Shown here in pieces: positions 41,287-55,278 of a DNA stretch of 64,000 nt. The translations under genes were made by a program, and so were the position numbers. This DNA comes from Octopus vulgaris. Its lineage: Eukaryota. The stretch covers positions 98,022,001-98,086,000 of the forward strand of contig OX597819.1 in assembly GCA_951406725.2 (NCBI GenBank), given 5' to 3'. Under the pieces are notes generated by a model. It searched no databases. It was not told the DNA's origin and worked only from the letters and a program-made list of their open reading frames with translations. Every line of letters begins with the position of its first letter. Positions within the stretch are counted from its first letter, which is position 1.

Positions 41287-41722
41287 TGGTTACAAATTTT
41301 GATACAAGGCCAGTAATTTTAGGAGAAGCGATAAGTCGATGATGTCAAACCATGACTTGACTGGTATTTATTATTTATATCCCGAAAGGATGAAAAGGAA
41401 AGTCGATCCCGGTGGACTTTGAAATCAGAATGCAAAAGCGAACAAAATGCCGTTAAGCATTTTTGCTCGGCGTGTTAAAGACTCTGCCAAGTCTTCGCCT
41501 TTTTGATTGATAAATATATTAGACAATAATAATGGTTTTCTAATGATTGTGCGAGTCGATTACATCGACCCCAGTGTTTAGCTGGTACTTATTTTATCGA
41601 CCCCAAAAGGATGAAAGACAAAGTCGACCATGGCGGAATTTGAACTCAGTACGTGAAGACAGACGAAATGCCACTAAGCATCTTACCGGACGTGCCAACG
41701 ATTCTGTCAGCTCGTTGCCTTG
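41287..41722 (-). mobile_element. Two adjacent SINE family B copies (~41287-41500 and ~41545-41722)
   Basis: Reverse-complement matches to 6797-7010. Confidence 0.8.
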
Positions 41723-41959
41723 TATTAAGCAATAATAATATGAGGCCAGTTGAAGTAATTGAGATGCTTTACTCTACTTAAAGACAGTAACTAAAGCAAA
41801 AAAAAAATTAGGATTATTAAATCTGAGGCAACTTTCCAGCAACCATTTGAAGTACCTCGCTGGCCTTGTACACCGGAACAGTAAGTGCAGTATGGATTGG
41901 GGGCTCAACATCTGACTTTTTCTCAGTTAGATTTATATCTTGGCTCCCATTCTGCTCAA

Positions 41960-42300
41960 TGCTTGAATGGACTTGGCACTTTGCCGAATGAAAGCTCGAT
42001 TGAGCTGTGGAGCACTTATTGGTGAAACTATGATTACAGACCTAAATTTTGCTGATGACGCAGTTATTCTTGCTGAGTCTCTGGATATCTTCATTGAGCA
42101 AGGAAGCGGAACCACTTGGCCTTAGAGTCTTTTCGGTCAACACAAAGATTTAGTCAAATGTTGGTTTCTTGAAAGACTCGTCTGTCTCTGTTACGGATGA
42201 GAATGTCGAAGTTCTGGACCGCTTCATTTATCTCGGCAATCAGATTCATGCGGCATTAACTGCAAGTCTGAAGTCCTAAAAAGACGTGGACGAGCAAATG
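41960..42300 (+). pseudogene. RT fragment of an RTE-like LINE
   Basis: ITDLNFADDAVILAESL and VEVLDRFIYLG motifs. Confidence 0.75.
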
Positions 42301-43133
42301 GTGAATAAAGCAACGCGCTGCAACGGCTCATGCTCCCACACTTGGCCTGACCTTTCCATCAATGAATCGATATATAAAAATGGGCAACTTTTTTTTCAAG
42401 CGGACCACATTAGTTATGGTTCATCATCAGGCGAGCCGCATTACTAAAAAACAATTCAAGGTAATTTTTCATAAGACCCACAATCCAGAAAGTTTCATTA
42501 GACCTACCATCGCGGGCCACAGTTTGCTCCTGACAGGTCCAGTATTTACTGAAGTGGTGCTGTCTCGTAAAAACTAGTATACTTTAGGGTTATATCTACA
42601 GTTTTAGGAGAATCCCTAGTAACAATATTATAGCATACTCATACTCATTAGTTGATATCCGATATATTCTATTTGGTTGACCGTTTTCCCACGAAGAAAT
42701 GGATAATGTCCTGCTCTCACATGTGTTCCTGAATTTACTGTGCTGTGCAAATAGTTTGTATTGGTGTCACATGCGCCGTCCACTTTTACCCATGTGCAGA
42801 GCAAATAGGACGGGTTGTCCTCAAGCGGAGTCAACAAGTGTAAGTTATTATTTCTTCACACGTATGTCAGGTCATATAGTATTATGTATGGCAGTCCTTT
42901 CTTGATATTCCTATACAGTGTCGATAGTATTGATCTTTGATAGTCCTTTCCACACACACTTGTACGCCGCTTCGACAGTTATATCTAAGTTATTTCCAGT
43001 ATAATAATCAAGATCAAAAACGAAATATTTCCTGTTTGCTAATTATAAATTCTTCAGGTGAAACTGATAAAGAAGCTCCATCAGTTATACATACATACAC
43101 ACATATTTGTATACTATGCACACACATATATAT

Positions 43134-43171
<38 letters not shown>

Positions 43172-43329
43172 AAGAGAGGTAAAACCCCACCTATCTCACT
43201 CTATTTAACCCCAGACATTCTCTCCACTCGTATTCAATCATCTACCCGTAATAACTTTTCATTTTCGCTTTCTTTATTCTTTCTTTCTTTTGATCTTGTA
43301 AACATCAATTAAATTACAATTTGCTTCTT

Positions 43330-43527
43330 ATCCTCCTCTTCCTCCTTCACCTCTTTCTTCTTCTTCTTCTTCTTCTTCTTCTTCTTCTTCTTCTTCTTTT
43401 TCTTCTTCTTCTTCTTCTTCGTCGTCGTCGTCGTCGTCATCATCATCATTCAAGCTCAATTAGAAATATTAAGGAATATGGTATGTGTGTATGTGTGTGT
43501 ATGTGTACATACTCTTGCATGTGTGAA

Positions 43528-43578
<51 letters not shown>

Positions 43579-43590
43579 CAGCAGCAGTAG

Positions 43591-43642
<52 letters not shown>

Positions 43643-43900
43643 GGTGGTGGTTGTGGTGGTGGTAGTGTAGAGGAGGATAGTTCAAACACGTTTATTACAA
43701 GTTCAGTCCTCTTGAGTGACTTCCATTGCTACAATAATCTCACTGTTAATTCAATATCAAGTCTGCTGTCTTGGCCTACTTACAACAATATCTGCCACAA
43801 TAACCACAACAACCCACAACATAAACAATAATCACAACAGCCATCATCACAACAATAACCACAATAGCCACCACAATAAAGATAACAACAAACATTGATA
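43330..43900. repeat. Trinucleotide repeat mosaic (CTT, CGT, CAT, TAG, GGT, CAA)
   Basis: Directly visible; similar mosaics at 50810-51320 and 61918-62245. Confidence 0.95.
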
Positions 43901-43939
43901 ACGGACCCTAACATAAACACAAGGTAAGACATTTTAGGG

Positions 43940-44463
43940 TTGTCCATAAGGCCCCTGAGGGTCCATATAAAATTTTAGGGGTCCACGCAATAAAATAGTA
44001 AATTGGTGATCCACAACAGTATTTTAAGGGCCACTGAAAAATTTTGCTTTAGATCTATGTATTGGTGTGTATTGCAAGGGATAGCTAAGTTTCTTACTTA
44101 TTTACTACCCACAAGGGGCTACACACAGAGGGGACAAACAAGGACAGACAAAAGGATTAAGTCGATTACATCGACCCCAGTGCGTAACTGGTACTTATTT
44201 AATCGACCCCGAAAGGATCAAAGGCAAAGTCGACCTCGGCGGAATCTGAACTCAAAACGTAGTGGCAGAGGGATAGCTAAGTTTCTGTCCCTAAATTTTT
44301 ACATAGTTCAACCTACACAAGTTAATGTGGGCAAAACAAAATAAGAATTTTGAAAGAAATTTCTATAAAACTAGTTTTTAAACACTGAATGGCTATAGTG
44401 TCCACCAGAATACAGTAGTAATGAAAGGAGCCCATAAATTAAAAAAATGGTTGAGAACCCCTG
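43940..44463 (+). mobile_element. hAT MITE (5' end eroded) with a nested SINE at 44095-44268
   Basis: Aligns with 7850-8199; ends ggttgagaacccctg; insert flanked by an 18-bp direct repeat. Confidence 0.8.
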
Positions 44464-44497
44464 AGTTTGATTAATCGGTTGGTACTTATTTTATCGT

Positions 44498-44790
44498 GGA
44501 TGCGCAATGTTAGGACAGCGGTTAGGACAGCGGACTCGCGGTTGGAGGATCGCGGTTTCGATTCCCGGACCGGGCGTTGTTTGTGTTTATTGAGTGAAAA
44601 CACCTAAAGTTCTACGAGGCTCTGGCAGGGAGTGGTGGCGACCCCTGTTGAACTCTTTTGCCCCAACTTTCTCTCACTCTCTCTTCCTGTTTCTTGAGTA
44701 ACGCTGCGAGGAACACTTACGCCACAGAAACCGGGAAACCAGGCCCAAGAGCCTGGCAAGGCTTGAAAAAGGGCGCATAAATAAATAAAA
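44498..44790 (+). mobile_element. SINE family C
   Basis: Aligns with 28415-28700; A-rich tail. Confidence 0.8.
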
Positions 44791-45261
44791 ACTTATTTTA
44801 TCGGCCGCTTATGGGTGAAATGCAAAGTCACGGGGACGGGTTCAAATGGAGAGGAACGTAACTAAAATACTACGAAAATAATTATTCTTTGAAAACAAGC
44901 CCATGAAAATTTTATTGCTTTAGAAATACAAGGATCAATGAGATGTATACTGGGAAAAAATTAGGGATATTTTTGTAATCCATGTTTGAAAACTACTCTT
45001 TAAGTATAGCGAAAATAATTGCTGCCGTTAGGCGTGGCAGTGTGGTAAGGAGCTTGCTTCCCAACCACTCGGTTGCAGGTTCAGTCCCACTGCGTGGCAC
45101 CTTGGGCAAGTGTCTTCTGCTATAGCATCGGGCCGACCAAAGCATTGTGAGTGGATTTAGTAGACGGAAACTGAAAGAAGTCCGTCGTGTATATATATGT
45201 ATATATATATATATATCAGCATTCGGCTGACAGTATCAGGTTATCACCACTAGATATATTA

Positions 45262-45468
45262 ATTTCAAATTTTGACACAATGCCAGCAATTTCCGGGGTG
45301 GGGGCGGATAAGTCACTTACGTCAACCCCAGTGTTCAACTCTATTGACTCCATAAAGATGAAAGACAAAGTCGACCTCGGTGGAATTTGAACTCAGAACG
45401 TAAAGATGGACGAAATGATGCTAAGCATTTTGTTCGGTGAGCTAACTACTCTACCAGCTCGCTGCCTT
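45262..45468 (-). mobile_element. SINE family B
   Basis: Reverse-complement match to 6797-7010. Confidence 0.82.
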
Positions 45469-46637
45469 GTCACTAGATAACAGGAATACCAACTGCTCTT
45501 ATACTATAGATATCAAATATCGCGTGTATGATCTGAAATAGTATACGACCGTGTATCAAGGTAATCTTCACTAATTCACAGGATATATTCTAAATGATGC
45601 AATAATGTTTCGAAGGTGCTCTGCATAGGCCTTCTCCACCCCTCGTCAAAGAGCTGTGTGGCACTCATATGAACCTCCATTCAATATCTTCTTAAGACAT
45701 AGGCAAACTGGGCAGTTACTCGAGGATCTCACGAGTCTAGAGGAAGCCATTGGATACTAGTCATTGCTTTATTCAGATGCTCAAAATGTTGCGAAAGTAG
45801 AGTTGCTTCTATTTGCCTTAGAATATGACAATTCGAAAATACTACTGGACATACAAACTTGGATAGCGCATTGTGTGTCCGGCACCAATTTTAATGACAA
45901 AATTGGTGATAATAAAAAAAGAAAAGGAAAAAAAAAAGAAGAGAAAAATATCGAAAGCAAACAAAAAGAGAACTGGAAAGCAAACCGGAAGTAAACTGAA
46001 CTAGTTGTTAGGTAGAAAATAAGGCAGTTAAAAACTGTCTGTCCATTTGTAAGTATGCAGTTGGATTAATGAAAAAAAATGACTTCTGTGAATCATGGAA
46101 AGATTATCCACACGGATTTGTGTAGGCATATGCATGTGTGGGAGTTTGAGTATGTGTGTACAAACGCAATCACACATACACATGTCTATAAAGTGAGACA
46201 TGTTTCAGAAAATAACAATACTAAGATCATAATAATCTCTACGACATTCTGAAACAGAATTTATTAAGTTGGAACGTAAACCCTGAGTACTGTCATATAA
46301 GTTTCAAGAAGTAATTGATGCTTCTTTTGAGAATAAGAACTTTGGCATGTATTTCTCAAACTATGTAATAAACAAAAAACCGCTACTTTATTACAAATGT
46401 TAACAAAAATCCAATCACAATAATAATGAATTAACTAAAATCGCCCAAAACTAATGTTAAACACGACAAAAAGAACAGAATGCATTGCATACCAATACAT
46501 AGTTGAATATTAATTGCTGAATGTAACCCTACTTGAACCATTTATAACATATTTAACATTGCGTCTCAAGGTATCTACAAGACCTTAAAATCATTTCAGC
46601 TCTGAAGAGCTGCTGGCCTTAGCATAGGCAATATTAG

Positions 46638-46848
46638 TTTCAGATTTTTGTATAAAGCCATCAAGTTCGAGGGAGGGAATAAGTCGATTAGATTGACCTA
46701 GTGCTCAAATCGTACCGATTTTAACGACTCCGGAAGGATGTGAGGCAAAGTTGACCTCGGCGGAATTTAAAATCAGAAGTAAAACGCTGATGAAATGCCG
46801 CTAAGCATTTTTCCCGGCGTGGTAACGATTCTGCCAGCTCGCTGCCTT
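46638..46848 (-). mobile_element. SINE family B
   Basis: Reverse-complement match to 6797-7010. Confidence 0.82.
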
Positions 46849-47115
46849 ACTATAGGCAATGATGTGGTCTGATTCAACAACACCAAGACACTATCAAAGA
46901 ACCTTTTAGGTAGCCTCTACTTCGTTACACGATGTGGTGGAAAAAACAGCCATATCTCTTTCAAATTACATCAAGCTGCTTTTAGAAGACGCAATAATAA
47001 AATCTCTGATATACGGTGTCTGAAAATATGAGATAAAGTTCAAGGTTGGAACGTCATTGATCCAAGGTTTAGTTGTGAAAAAAGAGTATGTTAGATGCAG
47101 AAGATTCCTTTAGTT

Positions 47116-47454
47116 CAGTGGTTCTCAACCGGGGTCTATATTACCCCTGGGAGTCCGTGTGAGATTTTTGGGAATCCGTGCAATCAAAATAGTAAATAAA
47201 GGACTCACAGTAGAATTTTCAAGCTCCATGAAAAATTTTAATATAAATACCTTTATTGCAAGAAACAGCTAAGTTTTCCTTCTCTAACGTTTTACGTACT
47301 TCAACTTATATGTTATTGAGTGAAAACCAAAACAGGAATTTTGAAAGAAGCGTCTATAAAATTAGTTTTTACGCATCAGACGACTTTGGGGGTCCACCAA
47401 AATAGAATAATAATCAAGGGGTTCCATAGATAGAAAAATGGTAGAGAACCATTG
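47116..47454 (+). mobile_element. hAT MITE
   Basis: TIRs cagtggttctcaacc / ggtagagaaccattg; degenerate TSD ctttagtt / ctgtagat. Confidence 0.82.
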
Positions 47455-48618
47455 CTGTAGATGGATTTAGGGGGAGCAGATTATGTGCCCGTTGAAAATG
47501 AGAGATCTGAGAAAGATATGGTTATATTTGTATAATAAAATCTAATAATTTAGTTGTGAATTGCGTGTATAGTCAATGATGGATTGAATGAGGATTATGT
47601 GTGTGTGTGTGCGTGTGTGTGTGTGTTTGTGTGAACGTGTGCGTGTACACACATGTATATGTATGTATGTATAGTGTATGTATTTATGTATGTACGTATG
47701 TTTGTATGTGTGTATGTATGTATGTATGTATGTATGTATGTATGTATGTATGCATGTATATGGTCAGTTATAGAAGGTTTATCAGTGAATTATGTGAGGA
47801 CTTAACTGTAGATTATGTGTAGATATGTGTAGATATAATCAGAAATTAACGGTTTAGTTGTAGATTTTGTGTGGAAATGGTCATTGAAAAGGATTTAACC
47901 ATGGATTTCGTGTGGATATAGCCGGATATAACCCGTGCTAAAGTGTTTAGTTGGGTATTGTATGGCTGTATGTATGCTTAGGGTTTAGCTGTATGTTTGA
48001 AGTGATCGGAGATAAGGATTTTGCTACTGACCCCCTATTCAACTGTACCACATTTGAAGTCAAACATTGGGAGAAATCACCCAAGCAAACACTTACCATT
48101 TCCGCCAAACTATTCAGAAACTGATTTTTTTCTTTCTTTCATTTTATTCTCGTTATTTATTATTATTATTATTTTTTCATTAATATTTCCTCCTCTTTCC
48201 CATTCCTATTTTTTCCCTCATATCTTCTTTCTCTCCACTGCACTTTTCAAACAGATTACGTTCAGCTAACATATAAAAAGAATGATTTGGAAATATAATG
48301 TTGATTATATTAATATGGGTAGGGTCGACATTCTTTTAATGATTCTTGTTACCCGGATTACAGTCTCTATATTCAAATCACGTCTTAAAAAGCATTTCAT
48401 GTCAACAGCAACAATAGCATTTCTGTACTAGTTTCAGCTTACTAAACATGGCCAAGCTGGGGCATCGTAATCATTGTGGTTGTATTTTAATAGGATGGCC
48501 TAAGCTGAAACGATTCCGAATAACACATATACACACACATACACATGCACACATAAACACCCTCTCACATACACACACTAGCTCTCTGTCTCTTTTTCTC
48601 CCCCTCCCCCTCTCTCTC

Positions 48619-48653
<35 letters not shown>

Positions 48654-50817
48654 GCACACACACTATAAATATAACACAACGCACAATGCATACTGACACA
48701 ATATGATATCCTGCTTAACATGTATACCATTGTTATGAGGGATAATGTTAGTGAGACCTACCTGCCACCTTTTAGATTAAATGTTATTACTTGCCACAAT
48801 AGTAATCATATCCTACTCTTTACTATTTAATTTATATCATTTCATATTATATTACATTATTTATTTCCAGGATTTATCATTTTCATTTTGTCTTCCTTTA
48901 CCTCACAAAATGAAATGTTTTGTTAAGCTTTGATGGATGTGTAACTCTTCTACGTTCACGAAAATGGCGTTTGTTACTAATGTCTTCTCTAACAGTTGAC
49001 TCTTTGTAGCAACACGACACTTTTATTACAACCGGTAGGGTGAAGGGTTATTCTAACGTTTTCCCTGTTTATTTATTTATTTATTTACTTATTTATATGG
49101 TTTTCTTTTTATTCATTTATTTATTTATTTTCATCAGTGAAATTGTCTTCTAGTTCTGATAATTCGCTTTTATTGTTTTCGCTTGATTTAAGGAGTCAGG
49201 CGTGTGTAAAATATTGTTATCCCGAAGGTTAATACAATTGTTAGCCCACTCAAATCTCGGACAAAATGACTACTTAATATATTTTATATATTTTTCACAA
49301 AGAATGAGGTATTAGAGAATGTTAATAAATCATAAGACTAACAATATACAAAAGGAATTTTAAAAACTCGTTGCTATGTAGAAAATAAGCTGATATTTGA
49401 GGTGAGCACCCGTGAAATTTATTCCATATTTTTTTTAGCTATAGAAAAGACAGCCCGAACAAAACTAAGAGTGATTACTTTTTCATTATTAAAATTAATA
49501 CTTATTTTGTTAGTATTATTGTTGTTGATACTGATGTTTTTCATGTATCAACTGTATTTGTTCACATGTTTATATATGTATACAAAACAACTTATACGAA
49601 AGCAAACTGCTTAATCCTATGTAAATGGTATCGCCTGTCATTCATCAATACGAAAAACAGGCGACAATGGTCGATCGGAAATGTAAGAGGAAAAAAAAAC
49701 TGGTTGTTCTGAATATTTTAATGCAGTACTGGAATGTGGATTCCCATAGTATATCAGTCACATCAATCTCAAAATATATCTACGACATAACGTGTTAGAA
49801 ATAACAACCATATTTCTCTCATAATATACACTAACATCTTTAAAAGAAGGACATAAACTAATGTAGTTCTAGATATATTATGCCTGAATATTTGAAAGGA
49901 TGGTCACGGCTGGAATGATTTTGATCATAGGTCTGCTAGGCCAGGTTTGACCTGGGTTAACAACAACATACCATCCCATTTCACAAGCTCAAATTGCCAC
50001 TAGATAGTAAATCATTGAAAGTCGTGGGTAGTAGAGACAATAGTACGATATGTTGGACAACCAATTCTGAGATTTAGGGTGCGTTTCTTTGTCACTGACA
50101 CAACAGCCTAACCAAGACAAGGGTACTTCGCTCTCGGCGGTACAAGTGCATCTGTTTCGTCTGCAAATGCTAAAGGCATTGAAACACTTCTTTCTTTCTT
50201 TCTGTCTTTCTTTAATAATAATAATGATGATAACAACAACAAAAACAAAACAAAACAACAACAACAACAATAATAATGCCCTGATGCAGTACCATGCAGT
50301 GGCTCATGTGTCTTCTGATCTGAACTGATTGGAAATGTTAATATGTACATATTTTGTCTTGGTGTAAAATCTGGGCTATAGCAAATATTCTGCTTAATAT
50401 CGCAGATTTGATTGTCAATTGCTTTAAAGTAACCACTTGAGCGCATTGCTTAGTGGTTGTCGATATGAGCATCTCTGATTATTAGCAGGCGTAGTGGACG
50501 AGCATCATAGCCAGGTATTGAGAGAGATTTTGGGGGATTTGGATAATTCACCTCTGGAATTATGGTGGTTTCGCTTATCACCCTTAAACAACACTTGTTC
50601 AGAGACCTTTTGAGTGAGATGAGCTACTCGACCTGTAGAAAATTCTAACTGGATGCCATCTGCAAGGTCATACGCTGTTTATCTTGATATGAGATCACCA
50701 TGTCGCGCACATATGGTGTACCGTTATCAGACAGGTAGACATGGTGGGTATATAAGGGTTCGTATATTGTACCCGAGCGCCACTTTGATAGCGTATGCTG
50801 CTCTTTCATTCAACAAC

Positions 50818-50851
<34 letters not shown>

Positions 50852-50862
50852 ACAACAATAAC

Positions 50863-50930
<68 letters not shown>

Positions 50931-50931
<1 letters not shown>

Positions 50932-51125
50932 GGTTTCAAATTTTGCCACAAGGGTAGCCATTTAGGGGAAAGGATGTGTCGATTACATTGACTCCAGTAC
51001 TCAACAGGTACTAAATTATCGACCCCGAAAGGTTGAAAGGCAAAGTCGAGCTCGGTGGAATTTGAACTCAGAACATAAAGACAGACGAAATACCGGCGTG
51101 CTAACGATTCTGCCAGCTCGCTGCC

Positions 51126-51127
<2 letters not shown>
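50931..51127 (-). mobile_element. SINE family B between (AAT)n arrays
   Basis: Reverse-complement match to 6797-7010. Confidence 0.82.
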
Positions 51128-51192
<65 letters not shown>

Positions 51193-51339
51193 TGACGATG
51201 ATGATGATGATGATGATGATGATAATGATGATGATGATGATGATGATGATGATGCTGATGATGATGATGATGATGATGATGACGACGATGACGATGATGA
51301 CGATGGTGATGATAATTATGATGAGATGGAAAAAGTAAG

Positions 51340-51830
51340 GCGATCCTGATGTTGACTTTAATATGACTGGCTACGTCTGAACTTAAATAAGAAACAGAGG
51401 GTTTCATTACAGGAACTCGGGATCAGTGTCTACCCACCAGAAAGTACAGTGCAAGCGTTCTTAAAAATACAAAATGGAGCTTCTGCCGGTCGTTTTTGTG
51501 GTGCAACGAGAGAAACAACTGACCACTTCATTTCAGGATGCTCTATGTTAGCCTCAAATAAACATAAATAGATAGCCTAGATCAGTATTTGTACTGGATC
51601 ATATGCTGTAAGTCTGGACTCCCATATGAGAAATTCTGGCGGGAACATAAGCCTACCAAATTAGTAGCATATAAAGATATCGCTGTTTTCTTTTTTTCCT
51701 TTTTTGGACTCTAGTATTTAAATTAATCGTGCTATTCAGGCCTTCTATTAGACCATATTCTATGATTTAAAAAATCATGTTGACAAAATGTTTGCTCATA
51801 GAAGAGGCGATTCCAGGTCATCAGCATCAC
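51340..51830 (+). pseudogene. Decayed C-terminal zinc-knuckle/RLE fragment of an R4/Dong-like non-LTR element
   Basis: (C)RFCGATRETTDHFISGCSMLA at ~51490-51553 resembles the CCHC knuckle of R4-clade elements; adjacent to (AAT)n/(GAT)n. Confidence 0.55.
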
Positions 51831-52526
51831 TCGCGCTCATCACAGATTTCGCATAAAACACATGCCTGCTCGAAGAATTTCACGCGTTTCCCCTTTATTT
51901 CTAGCCCAAGTGGTTCATTTTTTTAATATCTAGCACTATTTCTTTCTCCATTTCTAAGTTAAGGGTAAAAATAAAACAGCCCTGCAAAACACAACTGATC
52001 CTTACACACAGAAGCACGGAATAACAGCAATCAAGTAACGACAGCGGAGTACACAACAAACATCAGTGATCTGACTATCATCTGTACTCTTGACAAGAGA
52101 TGCCAGTTAGTCTTTTACACCTACCTGGCTCGTTCGTATTAGCCCGAGTTCCTGGATAATGTTCCTGAATATTATAGAACGGAAACTTTTCATAGATTGA
52201 AATTTAAATCCTGATCGTTATAGAAATGTATTGCTCCAAGAAAAAGGTGAATTTGAATTATTTTTAATTTTTACGACTATTGATAACAATTCGGGCTGTA
52301 ACTTCTGAGCTTCAGTCAGACGCATGTGAACGATGTCGAGAGAACATCTGCTACGAATGATATTTCCTGACACACAGTACCTCTAACACGAGCGCCAGAC
52401 GCTGAACGTAACAATATAACGTGCAAACAATATAACGTGAAGGAGACATTTCTCAAAGGGTGAAAACCAGAAAGAATCACTACGGAATCCACAGTTCTAC
52501 GTTAAGCTGACCACAAAAACCACTCG

Positions 52527-52570
<44 letters not shown>

Positions 52571-52578
52571 TCTCTCCA

Positions 52579-52629
<51 letters not shown>

Positions 52630-53105
52630 GTCTGTCTGTCTCTCTCTCATCTGTCACTCTAGGACCTCCAGATGCATACTGAGAACATGATTGTGACACT
52701 TATCAACTTTTGAAGCATTTGCAGGAAGCCGTCACATCCCTCTCCAACTTGAAAGCAATAACTGCTTGATTAAAATGGAAGATGTCTGTCGGCTGTCCTT
52801 TTAGTCATGGCCATCTAATTAGCTTTTCTCTTCTCTGCTGTTGTGATCCAAGTGGCTGCTCTTTCTGATCAAGGAAAGGTAGATTGCGATCTTTACGATG
52901 GAAACATCTGAAAGTCAAACTTGCTCTATATGCGAGAACAATGTATACATACATACATACATACATACATACATACATACATACATACATACATACATAC
53001 ACACATACATACATGTATACACACATACACATACATACATAAATACATACATACATACACACGCACACACATATATATATGTATATACATATATATGTAT
53101 GTATG

Positions 53106-53508
<403 letters not shown>

Positions 53509-54566
53509 GATAACGAGGTAAAAAAGCAGACAGAACAGGTGGGTGCGCTACACTCGTGCCTAGCGGTCAGTGTCGCAATACATGGGGCAGTGTAACAGCG
53601 AAAGTTACAGCTGAGGACAAATAGTGTGACACTGATACTTTGACTCGTAGTTCGCTGTCATGTTTGTGACACAGTAAAGGTAACAGATGAGCGTCGAGGT
53701 TAAAAGGAAAGTGAATCCTTAAACAAAGAATTGTGGTAAAGAAAATGATGTTTTAATTTCTCTAGTGATATATCATTGTATATCGTTCAGTTGGAGGGTG
53801 ACAGCCAGTTTGGAACGTGGGGGTGCTTGGATCAATGGGTACATATGGGTCTAATGAATACACCGAGATGATGGTAAATAGAGCAGGAAAGAATGGAGCT
53901 ATAATCAGACGATATAATTTATAATTAACATATCACAATTGTATATACCCTGAAATACGCGATACACGGCACCCGTATGAATAATTAGTTGTGTTAAGAT
54001 AGCGTGTGGAAAAGCATAATTAGGTTCACAAAACAAGGTGAAAGACTTAAACACAAAGACAAGCGAAAGGGTAACAGCAAATAACATAAGGGAAAATACA
54101 GCAACCACAGTCGGTACACCATCATCGTCGCCGTAGTCGACGCCGCCGCCGCTGGCGTCGTCACCGTCACCGCCATCGTCACAGCTGTCGTCGCCGTCGT
54201 CTTCCTTAGCCGCAACCACAGTAACAATGGCGGACGTGCACTAGCGAGGGAGTTTGTAAATGATCACACGACCTTCGAGAAATCGTAATCAGTTCTCCCG
54301 CAAAAGAAAAACAGAAAGGTAAAATGAAAAGCAGCTGAAAGTCCTTTGATTATAAGAGTCTATTCAATTAAAACTAATTTGGGGCTAAAAGCCAGCATCA
54401 ACAACAATAGGAACAACAAAACTCCGAGGATTTTGCATTCTATGAACCTAGAAACACGTCATTAGGAAGAAAACTTCTTAACATACTGCCACTACACATA
54501 CACAAACACACACACACAGGCGCGCGCGCACACACACACACACGCAAAAAGCACATAAATACATAC

Positions 54567-54638
<72 letters not shown>

Positions 54639-54862
54639 GTATATATTATGCTATCTGCGTATATTACACTGATGAAGGCAAAGCATTTCTTATGGAGAGT
54701 CAGAAATCCGGATCTGGAATTATCCAGTAATTTTTTTTTTTGCTAGTTTATTTTGTCTCTTTGTCGTCTCTCCTGAGGCTGTATGAACATTTAATGTGGT
54801 TTTAGAGTCAAGTTTTGGCTACTATTTCTAGTATAGTGGCATCTGTTAGATACCCTTACTAA

Positions 54863-54914
<52 letters not shown>

Positions 54915-55067
54915 ACTGTATGTATATATGGGTTTGGCTGCATTGTAAGAAGTTTGCTTCCGATCACACAGTTCTGAGTTCACCACTGCGTAGCATCTTG
55001 ATCATAGTCCTGGGCCAACAAAAGCCTTGTGAGTAGATTTGATAGCCAGGAACTAGAAGAAAGCCGT

Positions 55068-55099
<32 letters not shown>

Positions 55100-55200
55100 T
55101 GTATGTATGTATGTATGTATGTATGTATGTATGTATGTATGTATGTATGTATGTATGTATGTATGTATGTATGTATGTATGTATGTATGTATGTATGTCA

Positions 55201-55278
55201 GGTCACTTTCGAGTGCTACTGGTAACATGTAACCCAGTACAACCTGTTGCATGGTCGGGTCGTCGGTAACTAAACCGG
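55201..55278 (+). ncRNA. HDV-like (double-pseudoknot) ribozyme candidate
   Basis: P1 GGTCAC/ATGGTC, P2 CCAGT/ACCGG, P3 ACA/TGC, L3 ACCTGT with CC able to pair GG (P1.1), short P4, J4/2 CTAA; one C-A mismatch in each helix. Confidence 0.5.

Noticed and set aside
52628-52900. Possible exon after a long polypyrimidine tract (ctctag| ... aag|gtagat)
   Set aside because: The tract is a (CT)n microsatellite and there is no convincing reading frame; unsupportable without transcript data.
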